From: an uncultured delta proteobacterium
Lineage (GTDB): Bacteria; Myxococcota_A; Polyangia; Polyangiales; Polyangiaceae
Direction: 5' to 3'
Length of the DNA: 64,000 nt
NCBI GenBank assembly: GCA_963841435.1
Contig: CAWJCS010000005.1
Coordinates: 896,001 to 960,000, forward strand
Positions 50,696 to 59,892 of the stretch are shown here, piece after piece (within the stretch, counting starts at the first letter, position 1; each line of letters begins with the position of its first letter). Both the position numbers and the translations under genes were made by a program. The notes under the pieces were generated by a model, which was not told where the DNA came from, searched no databases, and saw only the letters and a program-made list of their open reading frames with translations.

Positions 50696-51539
50696 TCGAA
50701 TAGCCGTTCACCAAGGCCTCGTGCGCCCGCGTCACCTCGTCGAGAGCCTGCTCGTATTGGGCGTCGCTCATCGGCAGGTAGTGGGAATCCACCGTGTCGT
50801 GCAGGTAGCTGATCCCGTTGCCTTTGACGGTGCTGGCGATGATGGCGACCGGTGCGTCACGAGTCTCGAGCACGCGGGTGCACTCGTCTCGCGCGGCGAG
50901 CAGCGACCGGAAGTCGTGCCCGTTGGCCTCCACGACGTGAAAGCCAAAGGCGCGGATTTTATCGGCGAGCGGCTCGAGCGCCATCACCTCTTCGGTACGG
51001 CCGATGGCCTGGATCCGGTTGCGATCGACGACCCAGACGACGCTCGTGAGCTTTCTGTGGGCGATGAAGAGGGCGGCTTCCCAGACGCTACCCTCGTCGA
51101 GCTCGCCGTCGGAAGTGACGCAGAAGAAGCGCCGGTCCTGCCGCTCGAGCCGCGCGCCGAGGGCCATGCCCGCACAGAGCGAGAGCCCGTGGCCGAGACT
51201 TCCCGTTGCAAACGGGATCTGTTCGATCGCGTTGAACGGAGGAAGGGCCGAAAGCAGCGTCCCCTCCTGGTAGAACGAGTCGAGCTCGGCTTGGCTGAGC
51301 TGATTGACCTCCCGAAGCAGGGAGTAGAGCGCTGCCACGGCGTGCCCCTTGGAAAGGACGAACCCGTCGTCGGCCCTCATCCAGCCGAGCTTCAGGAACA
51401 CCAGGATCTCGGCGCACGAAAGCGAGCTGCCGATGTGTCCCGCGTTGGCCTTCTTGTACATGGCGAGAAAGCGCTTCTTGACCGAGAAGACACGCTCTTC
51501 GAGCGCCACACACTCGGCCGCCGTGTCCTCGCGTCTCAT
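50685..51539 (-). CDS. Transketolase N-terminal (TPP-binding) subunit
   Basis: GHIGSSLS, LSKGHA, TGSLGHGL, SDGELDEGSVWEA. Confidence 0.92.
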   Translation of the reverse strand: MRREDTAAECVALEERVFSVKKRFLAMYKKANAGHIGSSLSCAEILVFLKLGWMRADDGFVLSKGHAVAALYSLLREVNQLSQAELDSFYQEGTLLSALPPFNAIEQIPFATGSLGHGLSLCAGMALGARLERQDRRFFCVTSDGELDEGSVWEAALFIAHRKLTSVVWVVDRNRIQAIGRTEEVMALEPLADKIRAFGFHVVEANGHDFRSLLAARDECTRVLETRDAPVAIIASTVKGNGISYLHDTVDSHYLPMSDAQYEQALDEVTRAHEALVNGYSNAH

Positions 51540-51641
51540 CCGTCGCGCCTTCCGGGCTCCCAGGCTTTCACGACGGGCCCGAGCTCGGCAATGGCCCGCG
51601 CGCAAATGGGGCCCGGGGCCCCGGAGCGCGCGCGAATCGGG

Positions 51642-53606
51642 CTACTTGCCGTAGCCCGTGCTCACGACGTTCGCCTGGATCGCGTCGTCGGTCGCGTCCG
51701 ATGGGTAGCCGGCGACAATCGCGCCTTCGTAGAAAGTGCCCTGGCTCGCGTTGTTGTTGCTGTAGCAGCAGTCGCCGCCGCTTCCGAGGACGATGGCCCC
51801 TTGCTTTTGCATCGGGTTCTTCCCCGGGGGGAGCGAGCCCTTGTAGTACGTCGTCAAGTTGCCGGTCGTCGCGTTGGCAGCCTTGAGCGCGAACTCCGTC
51901 GTCCCGTTGTTCTTCTCCACGGCCGTGACGTACGTGGACGTTTGGCTCATGAGGTTGTTGTTCTTGCCACTGCTGCCCTGGGAGAAGATCCCGCCTTCCA
52001 GATCCGCCATGACCCACGGACCGGAGCCGTTGCCCGACCCCCAGGTCGTCGAGTTGCCGAAGTACAAGGAATCCATGGTCGCGCCGGCCACGTAGGTTCG
52101 GCTGACTTCGGCGTTGCCGTAGTCGTAGCAGCACCCGCTGTTGAAGTGCGTGCCGCTCGTCACGATGTAGATCCCCTGGGGCGCGTTACCGAGCGGCATG
52201 CCCGTCTTGGAGCCGTCTCTCCAGTAGGCTTGGCTGGGCCTCGTGTAGAGCGAGTACACCTTGTGGCCGCCGACGTTCAGCGACTCTCCGGTGGCATTCG
52301 CCGCCGTTTGGCCCGAATGGCCCATCACGGAGCTATCCGGGGTCTCGGCTTCGATGAAGTTACCGTGCCCGGATTGGTCGTAAACCTTGGTGATGGTGCA
52401 GGTCGTTCCGGAACAGAACGTGTCTTGCTGGGCGGAGTCTGCAACGCCTCCGGGGCTCAGGGCGGGAATGTCCTTGGTCGTGCTGTCCGAGGCACGCTTG
52501 ACCTGGTAGAGAGCGCCGCCAAACGATCCGTAGAGGGCGCGAATCGTGCTGTGCGCCGCGACACACATGTGGCTGGCAGCTTCGTAGATGTCGCACGGCC
52601 CGGTGCTCATGCCGGCGCTACCCGAGGCACCGCTCGACCCTCCGGTCGCTCCCGCAGCGCCGCCGCCCGCACCGGCGCCCCCCGTGGCCCCGGAAGCTCC
52701 GGCCATGCCGCCCCCCGCGGCGCCGCTGACGCCGCCCGTGGCCGACACGCCGCCCATGCCGCCCATGCCGGACGCGCCGCCCGCTGCGCCGACTCCGCCG
52801 CTGCCCGCCACACCAGCCGTACCCGCCGCGCCACCTGCACCCGCGGTGCCGCCAGCACCTCCAGCGGAGGACTCCATCTGCAGCACGACCGTGCCCGTGA
52901 GGGCCGACATCTGCGGGGTGACGGTCAGCGTGCTGCCCGAGACGCAGTAAGAGTACGTCACGGGATCGATCGTCAGCGTGGTGGCCGAGGTCGTGTACGA
53001 GCCGTTCGGCTCCGTGTAGGGGGATACCGTTCCAAGCCCGGCGTGCTGCACGGCGCTGAGCGAGCAGTTGCACTGGCCGTTCGTATCGGTGCACGTGGAG
53101 GTGGTCCAACCCAGGGCGCTGAAGATGCTGCCCACCCGGCTGCACTCGACGTCAACCGACGAAATCGAGAGACACGAGGGCGCTAGCGGGAACGTGACGG
53201 TGCCCGTGGTCGTCGTGTTGTCGGTATAGGTACCGTTGCCATCGGCGACCAAGCTTCCGGTGGTTTGGAGGGAACCCGTTGCCGGCACCGTCGTGCAACC
53301 CAAGCTCGCCAAGGACACGTCCATCGGTCCCGACAATTGCAGACAGGAAGACGTGACGTTCCAAGTGCCGACCACGTTGCCGCCGCAGGGCGACACGTTG
53401 GTGCACGTCAGCGCGCCGCCCGAGCTGCCGCCACTGCCACCGCTCCCACCCGTCACCGAGCCACCCACCCCACCCGTTGCGCTCTGGCCACCGGTGCCGC
53501 CGCTCTGGCCACCGGTGCCCGTGGCCGGGCTGTCAGAACTGCAACCCGTGGCCGCCGCTGTCGCGGCGAGTAGCAGCGCACCGACGATTTCAAGCCGCTT
53601 TCGCAT
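51642..53606 (-). CDS. Alpha-L-arabinofuranosidase B (GH54) lipoprotein
   Basis: GPCDIY, CVAAHSTIRALY, YDQSG, CCYDYGNAE, MADLE, GGD, GTFYEG. Confidence 0.92.
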   Translation of the reverse strand: MRKRLEIVGALLLAATAAATGCSSDSPATGTGGQSGGTGGQSATGGVGGSVTGGSGGSGGSSGGALTCTNVSPCGGNVVGTWNVTSSCLQLSGPMDVSLASLGCTTVPATGSLQTTGSLVADGNGTYTDNTTTTGTVTFPLAPSCLSISSVDVECSRVGSIFSALGWTTSTCTDTNGQCNCSLSAVQHAGLGTVSPYTEPNGSYTTSATTLTIDPVTYSYCVSGSTLTVTPQMSALTGTVVLQMESSAGGAGGTAGAGGAAGTAGVAGSGGVGAAGGASGMGGMGGVSATGGVSGAAGGGMAGASGATGGAGAGGGAAGATGGSSGASGSAGMSTGPCDIYEAASHMCVAAHSTIRALYGSFGGALYQVKRASDSTTKDIPALSPGGVADSAQQDTFCSGTTCTITKVYDQSGHGNFIEAETPDSSVMGHSGQTAANATGESLNVGGHKVYSLYTRPSQAYWRDGSKTGMPLGNAPQGIYIVTSGTHFNSGCCYDYGNAEVSRTYVAGATMDSLYFGNSTTWGSGNGSGPWVMADLEGGIFSQGSSGKNNNLMSQTSTYVTAVEKNNGTTEFALKAANATTGNLTTYYKGSLPPGKNPMQKQGAIVLGSGGDCCYSNNNASQGTFYEGAIVAGYPSDATDDAIQANVVSTGYGK

Positions 53607-53990
53607 GAAGTACAGTCGCTCAGGTCGCCCGCTTGGCATCAGGAAAAAGGCCGCTCCATGAAAGCGCGATGCCGTGACGCGGGGTGGTCCATATCGATCA
53701 AATATTCTTCTCCGCGGGGAAACCTCCGAGGGATCTCGGGGGTGAAGCGCGCGGGCGGGCGGGGGTAGCAGGGCTCCTCGACCGGGGAGGGCTCGCCGGC
53801 TGCTCGTACCGCCGGCCCCGGAATTTCCGGCGCTCCGTGGAACGGCGCGCCCCGCTCTCAGTTTCGGCGACGGACCGGGGTCGCCTCAACCAGTCAAAAC
53901 GGCCCCTGCCGGAGCGAGCTCGACCCGACATTGGCGGAGGTTCCCCCGGAACGAGCTGTCAACGGCTTCGTTGGCTATATTCCCGGGAGT

Positions 53991-54677
53991 ATGGCTGAGG
54001 CGACCAAGCCGGCTCAGAAGTTCGATGCCTACGCGGGCAACTACGACCATTTGGTCAACCAGAGCATCGAGGCGAGCGGCGAATCGAAAGAGTACTTTCT
54101 CGACTACAAGCTCCGCTGCCTGCAGCGGCTCGGACTCGAGTGGCGGCACTCCGTGCTCGATTACGGCTGCGGAACGGGCAACATCGCGACGACGATCGCT
54201 TCTGCCTGCGGGCACGTCGAGGGTTACGACCCTTCGCCCGAAAGCCTCGCGCGCGCCCGCGAACGCTCCCCGCACATCACGTTTCACGATGACCCGGCCG
54301 CCATCGGTGCATCTCGCTTCGACTTCGCCGTCCTGTCCGGAGTCTTGCACCACGTGCCGAGCAGAGAGCAACGGCACGTGATGGAAACGGTGCTGAGCAA
54401 GTTGAAACCGGGCGGCCGAGTCGTCGTCTTCGAGCACAATCCGTGGAACCCGGTGACTCGTCGCGCCGTCGAGGCGTGCCCGTTCGACGACGACGCCGTG
54501 TTGCTCTGGCCCTGGCAGGTTCGGCGGCTGCTCAATGGCGCGGGATTTCACGACGTGCGCCTGGAGTACATCGTGTTTTTCCCACAGCCGTTTGCGTGGC
54601 TGCGCCCCCTCGAGCCGCGGCTCCGCTGGCTCGGCCTGGGCGCTCAGACCATGACCATCGGCGTCCGGCCGGCGTAA
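53991..54677 (+). CDS. Class I SAM-dependent methyltransferase
   Basis: VLDYGCGTG, GVLHHVP, LKPGG, FEHNPWNP. Confidence 0.92.
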   Translation: MAEATKPAQKFDAYAGNYDHLVNQSIEASGESKEYFLDYKLRCLQRLGLEWRHSVLDYGCGTGNIATTIASACGHVEGYDPSPESLARARERSPHITFHDDPAAIGASRFDFAVLSGVLHHVPSREQRHVMETVLSKLKPGGRVVVFEHNPWNPVTRRAVEACPFDDDAVLLWPWQVRRLLNGAGFHDVRLEYIVFFPQPFAWLRPLEPRLRWLGLGAQTMTIGVRPA

Positions 54678-55030
54678 AAGCGGCCGAGCTCCTCCTCCCG
54701 AAGAAGCCTCCCTGCTCGGGCGCCAGCGCTCGTCGCAACTCACGTTGACGCTCACGTCGAACGTTCACGCGGAACCGCGTGACGCGCACCGCTTGCAGCA
54801 GGCGACGCGTGAGAACGATGAAGGTTGCGACACGCGCGTCGCGGCTCACTCGCACCCATCCGGAACCGGTCACACACTCGGCGTCGCCACGCGGTGCGAT
54901 GCGAGGGACCGGACCGCTGTCAACCAAAACGAACGCGGGGCGCGTGGCCCCCACGGTCTTTAGATTGGTGTCTCCGAAATGCGATCGGCAGATTGTGGGA
55001 ATTAGCCAAGCGTCCGCCGGAGAGTCCATC

Positions 55031-56125
55031 ATGAGCATTGCGAACGTTTGGCCCCGTAAGCAGAGCATCGCAGTGCTTGGAGTGATCATCGCTCCGGCTT
55101 GCGCCAGAGCGACCGACGACCCCATCGAAGGCCTGGAAACACCCCCAATCGGAGGCTTCGGCGGGGAGCTCGCCATGGCGGGCATGGGTGGCACCGACCC
55201 GATGCTGGGCGGCGGCGGTGGCGTTGCCGCAGGCACGGGTGGCGGGTCCAGCGGCGACGCAGGGACGGGCGGAGTTGCCGCCGGCGAGGGTGGCACGGGT
55301 GGAATCGCGACGGGTGGTGCCGGCATGGGCGGTACGGCGGGAACGAGCGCCGGCACGGGTGGCACGAGCAGCGGCATGGCTGGCGCCGCGGGTACGATGG
55401 GGGGAGCCGGGTCGAGCAACTCCGGTGGGGGCGCCGGAATGGGTGGACGCGCCGGCACGAGCTCGATGGGCGGCAAGGGCGGCACGAGTGCCGCCGGTGC
55501 GTCGGGTGCTGGCGGTGCTGCGGGTGCTGGCGGTCGCGCAGGCAAGGGCGGCGCGGGCGGCGCGGGCGGCGGCGCGACCACGATGAACGGCTGCGCGAAG
55601 CTCTCCGTCCCGATGAACGACGCCAACGACAAGGCGCACTTCACGCTATCGCTGAACAACACCGCGAACCTCGGCGCCGCGGGCACGACGATCAGCCTGC
55701 ACGTCTACGTGCAGGCGGGCACGGGCGGTAGGATCTTCGCGTATGCGCAGGATTCGAGCTTCAATTTCCTCGGCCCGGCGAACCGACCCCTGCTCGCCAA
55801 CCAGAATGGCTGGGTGACGCTCACCTGGAACGTCGCCTCCGAGCCTACCGTATCGCCGGCAATCACCAAGAGCGACGTGAAGCGCATCGGAATCGAGATC
55901 CAGGCCGCGCCTTCGACGACCTGGTCGAACCCGACGGTCGTTTACGTCGACTCGATCACCGTCAATACTCCCTCGCTGTCGTTTCCCTTCAGCACGAGCG
56001 GGACGGTGTCCACGGCGACGAACCAGAGCAGCGACGTGAGCGGACAGGTCCTGTGGCTCAACGCCAACTCGAGCGACACGACGGCCAGCGGAACCGCGTT
56101 GAGCTGGGTCGCGACTTGCCCCTGA
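55031..56125 (+). CDS. Gly-rich lipoprotein with beta-rich (possibly carbohydrate-binding) C-terminal domain
   Basis: IIAPAC lipobox-like; GWVTLTW...IGIEI...VYVDSI. Confidence 0.7.
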   Translation: MSIANVWPRKQSIAVLGVIIAPACARATDDPIEGLETPPIGGFGGELAMAGMGGTDPMLGGGGGVAAGTGGGSSGDAGTGGVAAGEGGTGGIATGGAGMGGTAGTSAGTGGTSSGMAGAAGTMGGAGSSNSGGGAGMGGRAGTSSMGGKGGTSAAGASGAGGAAGAGGRAGKGGAGGAGGGATTMNGCAKLSVPMNDANDKAHFTLSLNNTANLGAAGTTISLHVYVQAGTGGRIFAYAQDSSFNFLGPANRPLLANQNGWVTLTWNVASEPTVSPAITKSDVKRIGIEIQAAPSTTWSNPTVVYVDSITVNTPSLSFPFSTSGTVSTATNQSSDVSGQVLWLNANSSDTTASGTALSWVATCP

Positions 56126-56153
56126 CGGCGCCGCAGCGCTCGGAGTCGGTGAG

Positions 56154-57182
56154 CTAGCGCTGCGTGCGCTCGTGCACGTGGTCGGCGACGAAACGGACGG
56201 CGTCGACGGGCGTTTCGGGCAGGATGCCGTGGCCGAGGTTGAAGACGTGGCCGGGCGTCGCGCCCGCGCTCGCGAGCACGTCGTCGATGCGCTGTTCGAG
56301 GCGCTCGCGGGGGGCGAAAAGGAGGATGGGGTCGAGGTTTCCCTGCAGGGCCACGTCGCTACCCAGGCGGCGGCGGGCTTCGGCGAGCGGGGTGCGAAAG
56401 TCGATGCCGATGACGGTGCCGCCCGCTTTCTTCTGCAGCTCGAGCAGGCTGCCCGTGTCGGTGCCGAAGTGGATCACGGGGACGCCTTTTTCGGCGACGC
56501 TCGAGAGCACGTGATGGACGTGCGGGAGGACGAATTCTTCGTAGTCGCGCGGGCCGAGGCAGCCGACCCACGAGTCGAAGAGCTGCACCGCCTGTGCGCC
56601 GGCTTCGATCTGCGCGACGAGGTAGCGGCGCGTGACCTCGGCGAGCTTTTCCATGAGAAGCCCGAACGACGCGGGCTCCTCGTACATGAAGCGCTTGATG
56701 CGCGAAAACTGCGAGCTCTTGCCGCCTTCGACGAGGTAGCTCGCGAGCGTGAACGGCGCGCCCGCAAACCCGATGAGCGGCGTCTTGCCCTCGAGCTCGC
56801 GGCGCAGGAGCCGGATCGCTTCGAGCACGTGGGGTAAGCCCGCCTCGGGCTCGAACGGGCGCAGGCGCTCGATGCCGGCGCGATCGCGGATGGGCTCGTG
56901 GATGACGGGGCCCTCGCCAGCGGCAAACTCGAAGGAGGCGCCGATCGGCTCGAGCGGCAAGAGGATGTCGGCGAAGAGGATGGCGGCGTCAACGCCGAGC
57001 GCGCGCACGGGCTGGAGCGTGACCTCGACGGCGAGCTCGGGCGTGCGGCAGATGTCGAGCAGCGTGTGATCTTTGCGGATCGCGCGGTACTCCGGCATGT
57101 AGCGGCCCGCCTGACGCATGAACCAGACGGGCGTCGCGTCGACCGGCTCACGCCGGCACGCGCGCAAGAAGCGATCCCACAT
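56154..57182 (-). CDS. hemE: Uroporphyrinogen decarboxylase
   Basis: PVWFMRQAGRYMPEY, IGFAGAPFTLASY, QGNLDP, FNLGHG. Confidence 0.97.
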   Translation of the reverse strand: MWDRFLRACRREPVDATPVWFMRQAGRYMPEYRAIRKDHTLLDICRTPELAVEVTLQPVRALGVDAAILFADILLPLEPIGASFEFAAGEGPVIHEPIRDRAGIERLRPFEPEAGLPHVLEAIRLLRRELEGKTPLIGFAGAPFTLASYLVEGGKSSQFSRIKRFMYEEPASFGLLMEKLAEVTRRYLVAQIEAGAQAVQLFDSWVGCLGPRDYEEFVLPHVHHVLSSVAEKGVPVIHFGTDTGSLLELQKKAGGTVIGIDFRTPLAEARRRLGSDVALQGNLDPILLFAPRERLEQRIDDVLASAGATPGHVFNLGHGILPETPVDAVRFVADHVHERTQR

Positions 57183-57187
57183 GGTTT

Positions 57188-57763
57188 TTACATGCAGGGC
57201 GCGGTCAGCGAGGGGTCAACGGTGGCGTGCGGCATCTTCTCCCCTTTCTGAGCGCGCTCGCGCATCTCGTACTTCGACGGGCACTTCGCCATGATGTTCG
57301 ACGCTTCGAGGTGGCCCGCCGGATCGAGCGTGCCCTCGGCCGTCACGGCGACGACCATGCCCGGCAGGTCCTGGAACGTGTCGGGAACGGTGCAGCGCGC
57401 GTAGCGGACCGGCAGCTCCTTGCCGGAGCTCTTCATGGTGAAGCGGTACTCACAAGGATCGTCGCGGCGGACCAGCGTGCAGCGCTTGAGGGTGCCCTCG
57501 ACGCGCACGGTGCGGCCCGCGAGCTTCTCTTTGTCGCGCAGGATCTCGTCGACCTTGCGGGAGTAGATGGCCGAGCCCTGAAAGCTCGTGAAGACGAGCG
57601 TGAGGATCGAGCCGCCCATCACGAGCAGGGCCACGAGGAGCCCGACGCTGCGCCGGGGCCTCGGGCCGCCGCCGGCGGGCATGGCCACGGGGGCCGGCTC
57701 GGCCTGTGCCGCCTGTTCCGAGGCCTCGATGGCTTCGGAGAGCTCGTCGTCCAGGTTCGCCAT
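57188..57763 (-). CDS. ccmE: Cytochrome c maturation protein CcmE
   Basis: VPDTF, AKCPSKY (CxxxY-type heme chaperone), TM anchor. Confidence 0.9.
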   Translation of the reverse strand: MANLDDELSEAIEASEQAAQAEPAPVAMPAGGGPRPRRSVGLLVALLVMGGSILTLVFTSFQGSAIYSRKVDEILRDKEKLAGRTVRVEGTLKRCTLVRRDDPCEYRFTMKSSGKELPVRYARCTVPDTFQDLPGMVVAVTAEGTLDPAGHLEASNIMAKCPSKYEMRERAQKGEKMPHATVDPSLTAPCM

Positions 57764-57855
57764 GGGAGACAAAGCCTAATGCCCGCTCCGGAACGGGTCC
57801 AGCGGCCGGGCCGCCGGGCGCGCAACTCCGGGCGAGCCCTGGCCGAAGCGGGGCC

Positions 57856-58551
57856 ATGAGGACGGCATTTTGGACCCTTGGCGCTCTTTTCGTCCTCCGG
57901 TCAACGACTGGGTGGGCGGCGTCCTCCGCGCTGCCGCTTCCGCCGCTGCCGCCGACGCGGGACCCGGAACCGGCGCCGCTCCGCCGCTCGGCGGCGCTCG
58001 AGCGACGGCCCCTCGAGCTCTCGGGTGGCGCGCGCGCGTGGGCGCCGCTCGCGTGTGTGGGTGTCACGTCGGGCGCCTGCCGCGGGCTCGGCCCCGCTTT
58101 TGGTCCGCAGGTGAGCGCGCTCTATCGAACGAGCCCCTACTTTGCCTTCGGCGGCGAAGCGATGGTCCTGCGCGCGCCGGGCGTCCAGGCGGGGCCGGGG
58201 CCGGGCTCCGTGCTCGAGCTCGGTGCGACGGGTCGGGTCTATCTGCTCGAGGCCGGCCCGATCGATCCGTACCTCGAGCTCGGCTTTGGCTACGGGGTCG
58301 CGTGGACGAGGGCAAAGCCGGCGGCACCGGGCCGGCTCGCTTCCGGTCCCACGGCACGCGCCGGCGGCGGCGTGGACGCGGTGCTCGCGCCCGGCCTGCG
58401 GCTCGGCGCGTCGTTTGCCTATCGCGAGGCGCTGCTCGGCCGGGCGGAGCGCTGCGAAACCTACGCGTGCGCCGGCCCGGCGGGCGAGCCGGTGGAGGGC
58501 GGGCTCGTCTTCGGGCTGTCCGCCACGGCGTCGTTCGGCGATCCGCTCTGA
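57856..58551 (+). CDS. Putative outer-membrane beta-barrel protein
   Basis: Signal peptide; alternating beta strands (DPYLELGFGYG). Confidence 0.6.
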   Translation: MRTAFWTLGALFVLRSTTGWAASSALPLPPLPPTRDPEPAPLRRSAALERRPLELSGGARAWAPLACVGVTSGACRGLGPAFGPQVSALYRTSPYFAFGGEAMVLRAPGVQAGPGPGSVLELGATGRVYLLEAGPIDPYLELGFGYGVAWTRAKPAAPGRLASGPTARAGGGVDAVLAPGLRLGASFAYREALLGRAERCETYACAGPAGEPVEGGLVFGLSATASFGDPL

Positions 58552-58575
58552 CGGACAACGGCATAGGCTCGACGC

Positions 58576-59892
58576 ATGCTCGCCGACCCGTTCGGCATCG
58601 ATCAACGTCTGCGCGACGACGCGCGAAAGCTCGTCGCGTTCCGGCGCGCGCTCCGGCGCGGCGTGCCCGAGGACCACGTCTTCGAGGCGGTGGACCGTGC
58701 GACGACGCGCGAGCTCGTGCTCGAGCTTCGGGAAGCCGGCGAGACGGACCCGACGGCGCCGGCGCTCTTGCGCTGGGCCTACCGCATCCACCTCGAGCGG
58801 AGTCTCGTGAAAAGCTCGCTCGCGATCGCCAGAGCCCTGCGACAAGAGCCGCACCCGCTCGAGCGCCCCGAGCAGTGTCAACTGACCCTGCGAGCCATCC
58901 TCGAGCGCGTCATCGAAAGGGAGCGGGCGCCGCGCGCGCTCTTTGTGTCGGCGCTCTTCGAGCACGGCCAAAAGCTCGGTGCGCTGAGGCTCGTTCGCTG
59001 GGAAGAGCACGCCGAGGTCGTGTCCCGCCTCGGTTTCGAGGGCGGCGACGCGCTCGAGCTGCCGGGAAGCGCCGTGCTCGACGTGGCACGCCGCTTTCTG
59101 ACCGAGACGGACGCCGCGTTCGACGCGCTCGGGGCGCGCACCCTCGACGAGCTCGTCGCGCTCGCCGTTGGCGCGGACTCGCGCGCGGCCTGGCCCGCGC
59201 GACTCACGACCCGGTCGCTCGTGGAGCTCATCGGCGACCCTCGCTTTTTTTCGCACGTGACGCTCGACCTCGGCGAGCTCGGCGGGCGGCACGGCGCCTC
59301 CAGCTTTTTGCGCGGCTTCGCCGCGCTCGGCGGCGCGTGGCGCGCGGCGCTCGCGCCGGAAACGTTGCCGTTTTCGGTCGCGCGCGATGCCTTCGGGCTC
59401 GAGCGCGCCACGGCGGCGGGCCTGTTCGCATCGATGCCGTTCGCGGCGGCCTTCGCGCAGCGAGCGCTCGGTCTGTCGCGCGACGGTGTGCGCGACCATC
59501 AGCGCGTGCTCGCTCGGGTCGCGCTCGTCGGCCTGCGCGAGGCCGCCCTCCGCGTGCTCTTGCGCGCGCCGGCGCTCGCGGGGCCGACGGCCTATCGCGC
59601 GGCGTTCGTCGAGGAGACGGCGCGCGCGCTCGGGGTCGAGGTGCCGGATGCCGCGGCCGGCGTGCTGTTCACACCGGAGCTCGGCGACGCGCAGCGCTTC
59701 GCCGGCTGGCTGCTCGCTGCCGAGCGCGCCGAGCGGCTCCAGCGCGAGCACGACGAGGACTGGTACCGAAATCCGCGTGCCGTCGACGAGCTCGTGGAGC
59801 TTTCGCGACAGGCGGCGCCGACGACCGCCGAACAGGGCGCGCTCGAGGCCGGAGCGACCGCGCTCGTGGGGCGCCTCAACGCCGGTGCGTGA
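58576..59892 (+). CDS. Hypothetical protein, distantly M3-peptidase-like
   Basis: High-GC3 frame; C-terminal DEDWYRNPRA; no HEXXH seen. Confidence 0.6.
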   Translation: MLADPFGIDQRLRDDARKLVAFRRALRRGVPEDHVFEAVDRATTRELVLELREAGETDPTAPALLRWAYRIHLERSLVKSSLAIARALRQEPHPLERPEQCQLTLRAILERVIERERAPRALFVSALFEHGQKLGALRLVRWEEHAEVVSRLGFEGGDALELPGSAVLDVARRFLTETDAAFDALGARTLDELVALAVGADSRAAWPARLTTRSLVELIGDPRFFSHVTLDLGELGGRHGASSFLRGFAALGGAWRAALAPETLPFSVARDAFGLERATAAGLFASMPFAAAFAQRALGLSRDGVRDHQRVLARVALVGLREAALRVLLRAPALAGPTAYRAAFVEETARALGVEVPDAAAGVLFTPELGDAQRFAGWLLAAERAERLQREHDEDWYRNPRAVDELVELSRQAAPTTAEQGALEAGATALVGRLNAGA

